Source: an uncultured Atribacterota bacterium
Lineage (GTDB): Bacteria; Atribacterota; Phoenicimicrobiia; Phoenicimicrobiales; Stramentimicrobiaceae
Reading direction: 5' to 3'
Length of the DNA: 64,000 bases
Assembly (NCBI GenBank): GCA_964433555.1
Contig: CAYSRG010000007.1
Coordinates: 7,422-71,421, forward strand
The notes beneath the pieces are model-generated. The model had not been told where the DNA came from. It saw nothing but the letters and a program-made list of their open reading frames with translations, and made no database searches. Positions 63,849 to 64,000 of the stretch are shown in pieces. Within the stretch, counting starts at the first letter, position 1. Every line of letters starts with the position of its first letter. Both the position numbers and the translations under genes were made by a program.

Positions 63849-64000
63849 TTTACCACCATTATCTATTTTAAAAAATTCCCAAACAGGAGTTTGTGCAACA
63901 GAATGAATATAAGCTAAGGATATTTTTTGATTGGGAGAAATTTTTTTTTGAAAAATTATTTTTTCATCAGGAAATGTCTTAATATTTATAGTATAAAAAA

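Overview
This 64 kb window is an AT-rich (roughly 27-30% GC) bacterial chromosome segment made up almost entirely of housekeeping genes. 59 of the 61 annotated CDS are on the minus strand. Gene order follows classic Bacillota (Firmicutes) core clusters: rpsB-tsf-pyrH-frr-uppS-cdsA-dxr-rseP-ispG; topA-xerC-hslV-hslU; ffh-rpsP-KH-trmD-rplS-rnhB; rpmF/fapR-acpP-rnc-smc-ftsY; rsmD-coaD; ispH-cmk; scpA-scpB-rluB; cdd-recO/glyQ-glyS. Also present are a partial A/V-type ATPase operon (subunits G/H-I-K-E-C-F-A), a membrane H+/Na+-pyrophosphatase, pyruvate,phosphate dikinase, a DHH-CBS-CCA/poly(A) polymerase fusion, and the start of a TAXI-TRAP transporter locus. I found no rRNA or tRNA genes, CRISPR array, IS element, integrase island or recognisable defence/toxin cassette. 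The window looks like ordinary core genome. What deserves a second look is smaller in scale. A perfect 44-bp dyad-symmetric element is duplicated in the topA leader. ftsY has no canonical start codon for its N-terminal helix. Several genes conserved in the reference Bacillota synteny are absent (rimM, ylxM, plsX-fabD-fabG, codY, era, yceD) and are replaced by unusually long ORF-free AT-rich spacers of 705 and 824 bp. A few strong inverted repeats occur in intergenic regions. Coordinates of hand-mapped noncoding elements may be off by 1-2 nt.
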